A DNA stretch of 64,000 nucleotides, taken from an uncultured Chloroflexia bacterium. GTDB taxonomy: Bacteria; Chloroflexota; Limnocylindria; Limnocylindrales; CSP1-4. Position numbers and translations under genes: made by a program. The notes under the pieces were generated by a model. The model searched no databases, was not told the DNA's origin, and saw only the letters and a list, made by a program, of their open reading frames with translations. The stretch covers positions 285,307 to 349,306 of the forward strand of contig CAVZME010000011.1 of assembly GCA_963776385.1 (NCBI GenBank), given 5' to 3'. Shown here one piece after another: positions 61,924-64,000 of the stretch. Within the stretch, counting starts at the first letter, position 1. The number at the start of each line of letters is the position of its first letter.

Positions 61924-62238
61924 TCAGTCACGCGGGCCGAGCCGGCGATGAGCCGACGCGAGCCAGGCGACCGCTCGGTCGGCAGCGTGATCATCGAGGA
62001 CCTCGGGCGCGAACGAGACCCAGCCTTCGCCACGTCCTGACAGCCGGACGTCGGGAGTCCGTGCCGCCGCCGCGGCGACGGCCGGGTCGAGCGCGAACTC
62101 CGCGACTGCGCCGCCCGGATCGACCGACGCGAACGAGCGCCCGGCACGGGACCACAGGACGGTCCCATCCGGCTCGAGGTCCGTGACGACACCGTCGAGC
62201 TGGCCCACGGCGTCGCCCAGCAGCTCGCGGAGCGTCAT
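61924..62238 (-). CDS. Hypothetical protein (possibly YjbR/TfoX-like fold)
   Basis: ATGA overlap with the upstream gene; G..FA...GWV...AVAWL..A pattern. Confidence 0.65.
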   Translation of the reverse strand: MTLRELLGDAVGQLDGVVTDLEPDGTVLWSRAGRSFASVDPGGAVAEFALDPAVAAAAARTPDVRLSGRGEGWVSFAPEVLDDHAADRAVAWLASAHRRLGPRD

Positions 62239-62726
62239 CGGCCGGCCGCTGACAGGATCGCTGCGAGGTCGTCGACGTGATCCTCGTAGTGCGTGGTCGT
62301 CTCACTGAGGAAGAAGCGCTGGTTGTCGGGATGCTTGAGCCAGCGACTCTCCGGCACGACCGTGAGGTAGCCGCGGAGCTGACCCGGCAGGGTGGCGAAT
62401 CGGGCTCGCAGGTCGTCCATCGACAGGGCGGCCCAGCGGGCATCGATCTCCGCGTTCACGACCACCTCGCCGCGCGTGGCCCAATCCTCATCCGCGCGCA
62501 CCTTGGCGGGGCTCGTTTCGTTCACGGCCAGCTCGGTGGCGACCGCGAGGGCTACTTCGTGCCCCGAGAGCAGATGCCCCATCAACTGGCGGCCCGACCA
62601 GCCGTGGGCGTCGGCGACTGGGACGCTGAGTCGCTCGTCGGTCAGGTCGGCGAGGGCCTCGAACGGCCGGAATGCGTCGCGCTCCTCGTCGAGGAATTCC
62701 AGGGCGTCGAGGTACATGCCGTGCAT
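62235..62726 (-). CDS. DinB/MDMPI-like four-helix protein
   Basis: GWS...LMGHL and HYEDH metal-ligand pattern. Confidence 0.8.
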   Translation of the reverse strand: MHGMYLDALEFLDEERDAFRPFEALADLTDERLSVPVADAHGWSGRQLMGHLLSGHEVALAVATELAVNETSPAKVRADEDWATRGEVVVNAEIDARWAALSMDDLRARFATLPGQLRGYLTVVPESRWLKHPDNQRFFLSETTTHYEDHVDDLAAILSAAGR

Positions 62727-62776
62727 GGTAGCCGCCCCGGCTCGAACCTCCCGGACCGCGATGGTAGAGTCCGACG

Positions 62777-63490
62777 GTGACCGACCCCTCGATCCCTCCG
62801 TCGCTGCCGCCGGTCGATCCTGCCGTCGCCGAGGCCGGACTCGCCCGAACGTACAGCCCGGAGCTGCTGGCCGGCCTGCTCGCCGACGGCGACGATGACC
62901 TCGCTGCCTGGACGATCCGATCCGCCCTCGCGGACGCGCCGCGGGCCGAGGTGTACGACGGGCTGATCGCCGACGCGATGCGCCTCGTCGGTCAGCGCTG
63001 GGAGACGGGGCAATGGACCGTCGCCGAGGAGCACCTCGCCAGCCAGACCCTCCTCCGCGCGCTGGAGCAGGTCCGTCCGACGCCCGGTCCGGCCGCTCGC
63101 ATCGGCCGCCTCGCCGTGCTGGCCGGGGCTGCCGGGGAGCGCCATGCGATCGGGCTCGTCCTGCTCGACCACCTTCTCGCGGAACACGGCTGGAGTGTCG
63201 CCAACCTCGGCGCGGACGTCCCGGCGGCGGATCTGGGTCGGTTCGTCGAACGCAACGAGGCCGTCGTCGTGGCCATCACGGCCTCACATTCCGATCGGCT
63301 CGAAGCCGTGGCAGCATCGATCGACGCGGTCCGTGCCGCCTCGGGCGGTGGGACGGGGCGACTCCCGGTCATGCTCGGCGGCCGGGTGGCGGCGACGCCC
63401 GGCATCGCGACGACGCTCGATGTCGATTGGGCCGGCAGCACCCTCGCCGGAGCGATCGCCTTCGCGGACGGGATCCCCGACTCGCCCTGA
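62777..63490 (+). CDS. Stand-alone CarH/AerR-type cobalamin-binding domain protein
   Basis: VGQRW-x9-EH cap motif, GERHAIG (ExHxxG), LGADVP, VMLGG. Confidence 0.88.
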   Translation: MTDPSIPPSLPPVDPAVAEAGLARTYSPELLAGLLADGDDDLAAWTIRSALADAPRAEVYDGLIADAMRLVGQRWETGQWTVAEEHLASQTLLRALEQVRPTPGPAARIGRLAVLAGAAGERHAIGLVLLDHLLAEHGWSVANLGADVPAADLGRFVERNEAVVVAITASHSDRLEAVAASIDAVRAASGGGTGRLPVMLGGRVAATPGIATTLDVDWAGSTLAGAIAFADGIPDSP

Positions 63491-63505
63491 CCCTCGCCGC
63501 GGGCC

Positions 63506-64000
63506 TTAGACGGCGACCGGCTCCCGATACTCCCCGAACACCTCGCGCAGGACCGCGCACTGCTCGCCCAGCGTCGCGTAGGCTGCGGCGCAGCGGATGA
63601 AATGGGGCATCAGGTTCGTCTCGCTCGATTCGGGCCGAGCCGCCGTCTCGCGCAGGCCGCGCAGCGCCGCCTCGACCTCCGCGGCATCGCGCTCGCGCCG
63701 GGTCCGCTCCAGGCGGGCCAGGTGGCGTTCCTCCGAACCCTCGGGCACGGCCAGCACCGGGACGCGCGTGACTTCGGCCGCATCCGCGTACGCGTTGATG
63801 CCGACGATGCGCCGTTCCCCGGCATCGAACTCGCGCTGGAACCGATAGGCCGCGTCGGCGACCTCGTGCTGGGGATACCCCTCGGTGATGGCCGCCACCA
63901 TCCCGCCGCGCCGGTCGATCTCGTCGAGATAGCGCCAGACCTGGCGCTCGGTCTCGTCGGTCAGTGCCTCGACGAACCACGACCCGCCGAGCGGATCGAC
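63506..64000 (-). CDS. Acyl-CoA (methylmalonyl-CoA-type) mutase catalytic large subunit (5' partial)
   Basis: VDPLGGSWFVEALT, GGMVAAI..GY.Q.E...AY, IVGIN, NLMP..I....YATLGE...LREVFGEY. Confidence 0.94.
   Translation of the reverse strand, partial: VDPLGGSWFVEALTDETERQVWRYLDEIDRRGGMVAAITEGYPQHEVADAAYRFQREFDAGERRIVGINAYADAAEVTRVPVLAVPEGSEERHLARLERTRRERDAAEVEAALRGLRETAARPESSETNLMPHFIRCAAAYATLGEQCAVLREVFGEYREPVAV

Overview
High-GC (~70%) bacterial DNA. The gene content suggests Chloroflexota (Limnocylindria/Ellin6529-like) or an actinobacterium-like lineage, but this is inference only. In order, the window holds a form II coxSLM molybdenum hydroxylase cluster with coxD/coxE/xdhC, SulP, a SigK-RskA pair, a TPR-rhomboid, SRAP, an M16 peptidase pair, a CopC locus and two repeat-rich surface proteins. 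It also holds carAB behind a PyrR-type attenuator, tRNA-Lys(CTT), a ClC-family channel, an ALDH, acyl-CoA/B12-mutase genes (thiolase, acyl-CoA dehydrogenase, hbd, meaB, split mutase), DrrAB with a fused MarR, folE, alkA, an HDAC-family amidohydrolase, arsR-trxA and a stand-alone CarH-type B12-binding protein. The best candidate for an undescribed system is a three-gene module present twice (16374-18476 and 46711-48767). Each copy encodes a secreted Asp/His-rich disordered protein, an ECF sigma factor and a membrane anti-sigma whose outer tail resembles the secreted protein. Both copies sit behind the same exactly spaced 36-bp promoter motif, GRAACCTT-N16-TCAA-N2-GAGTAC. About 20 genes carry frameshifts. 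Many of these look like two alleles superimposed at one polymorphic base, so they are probably a mixed-strain consensus artefact rather than pseudogenes. No CRISPR array, integrase or transposase was seen.
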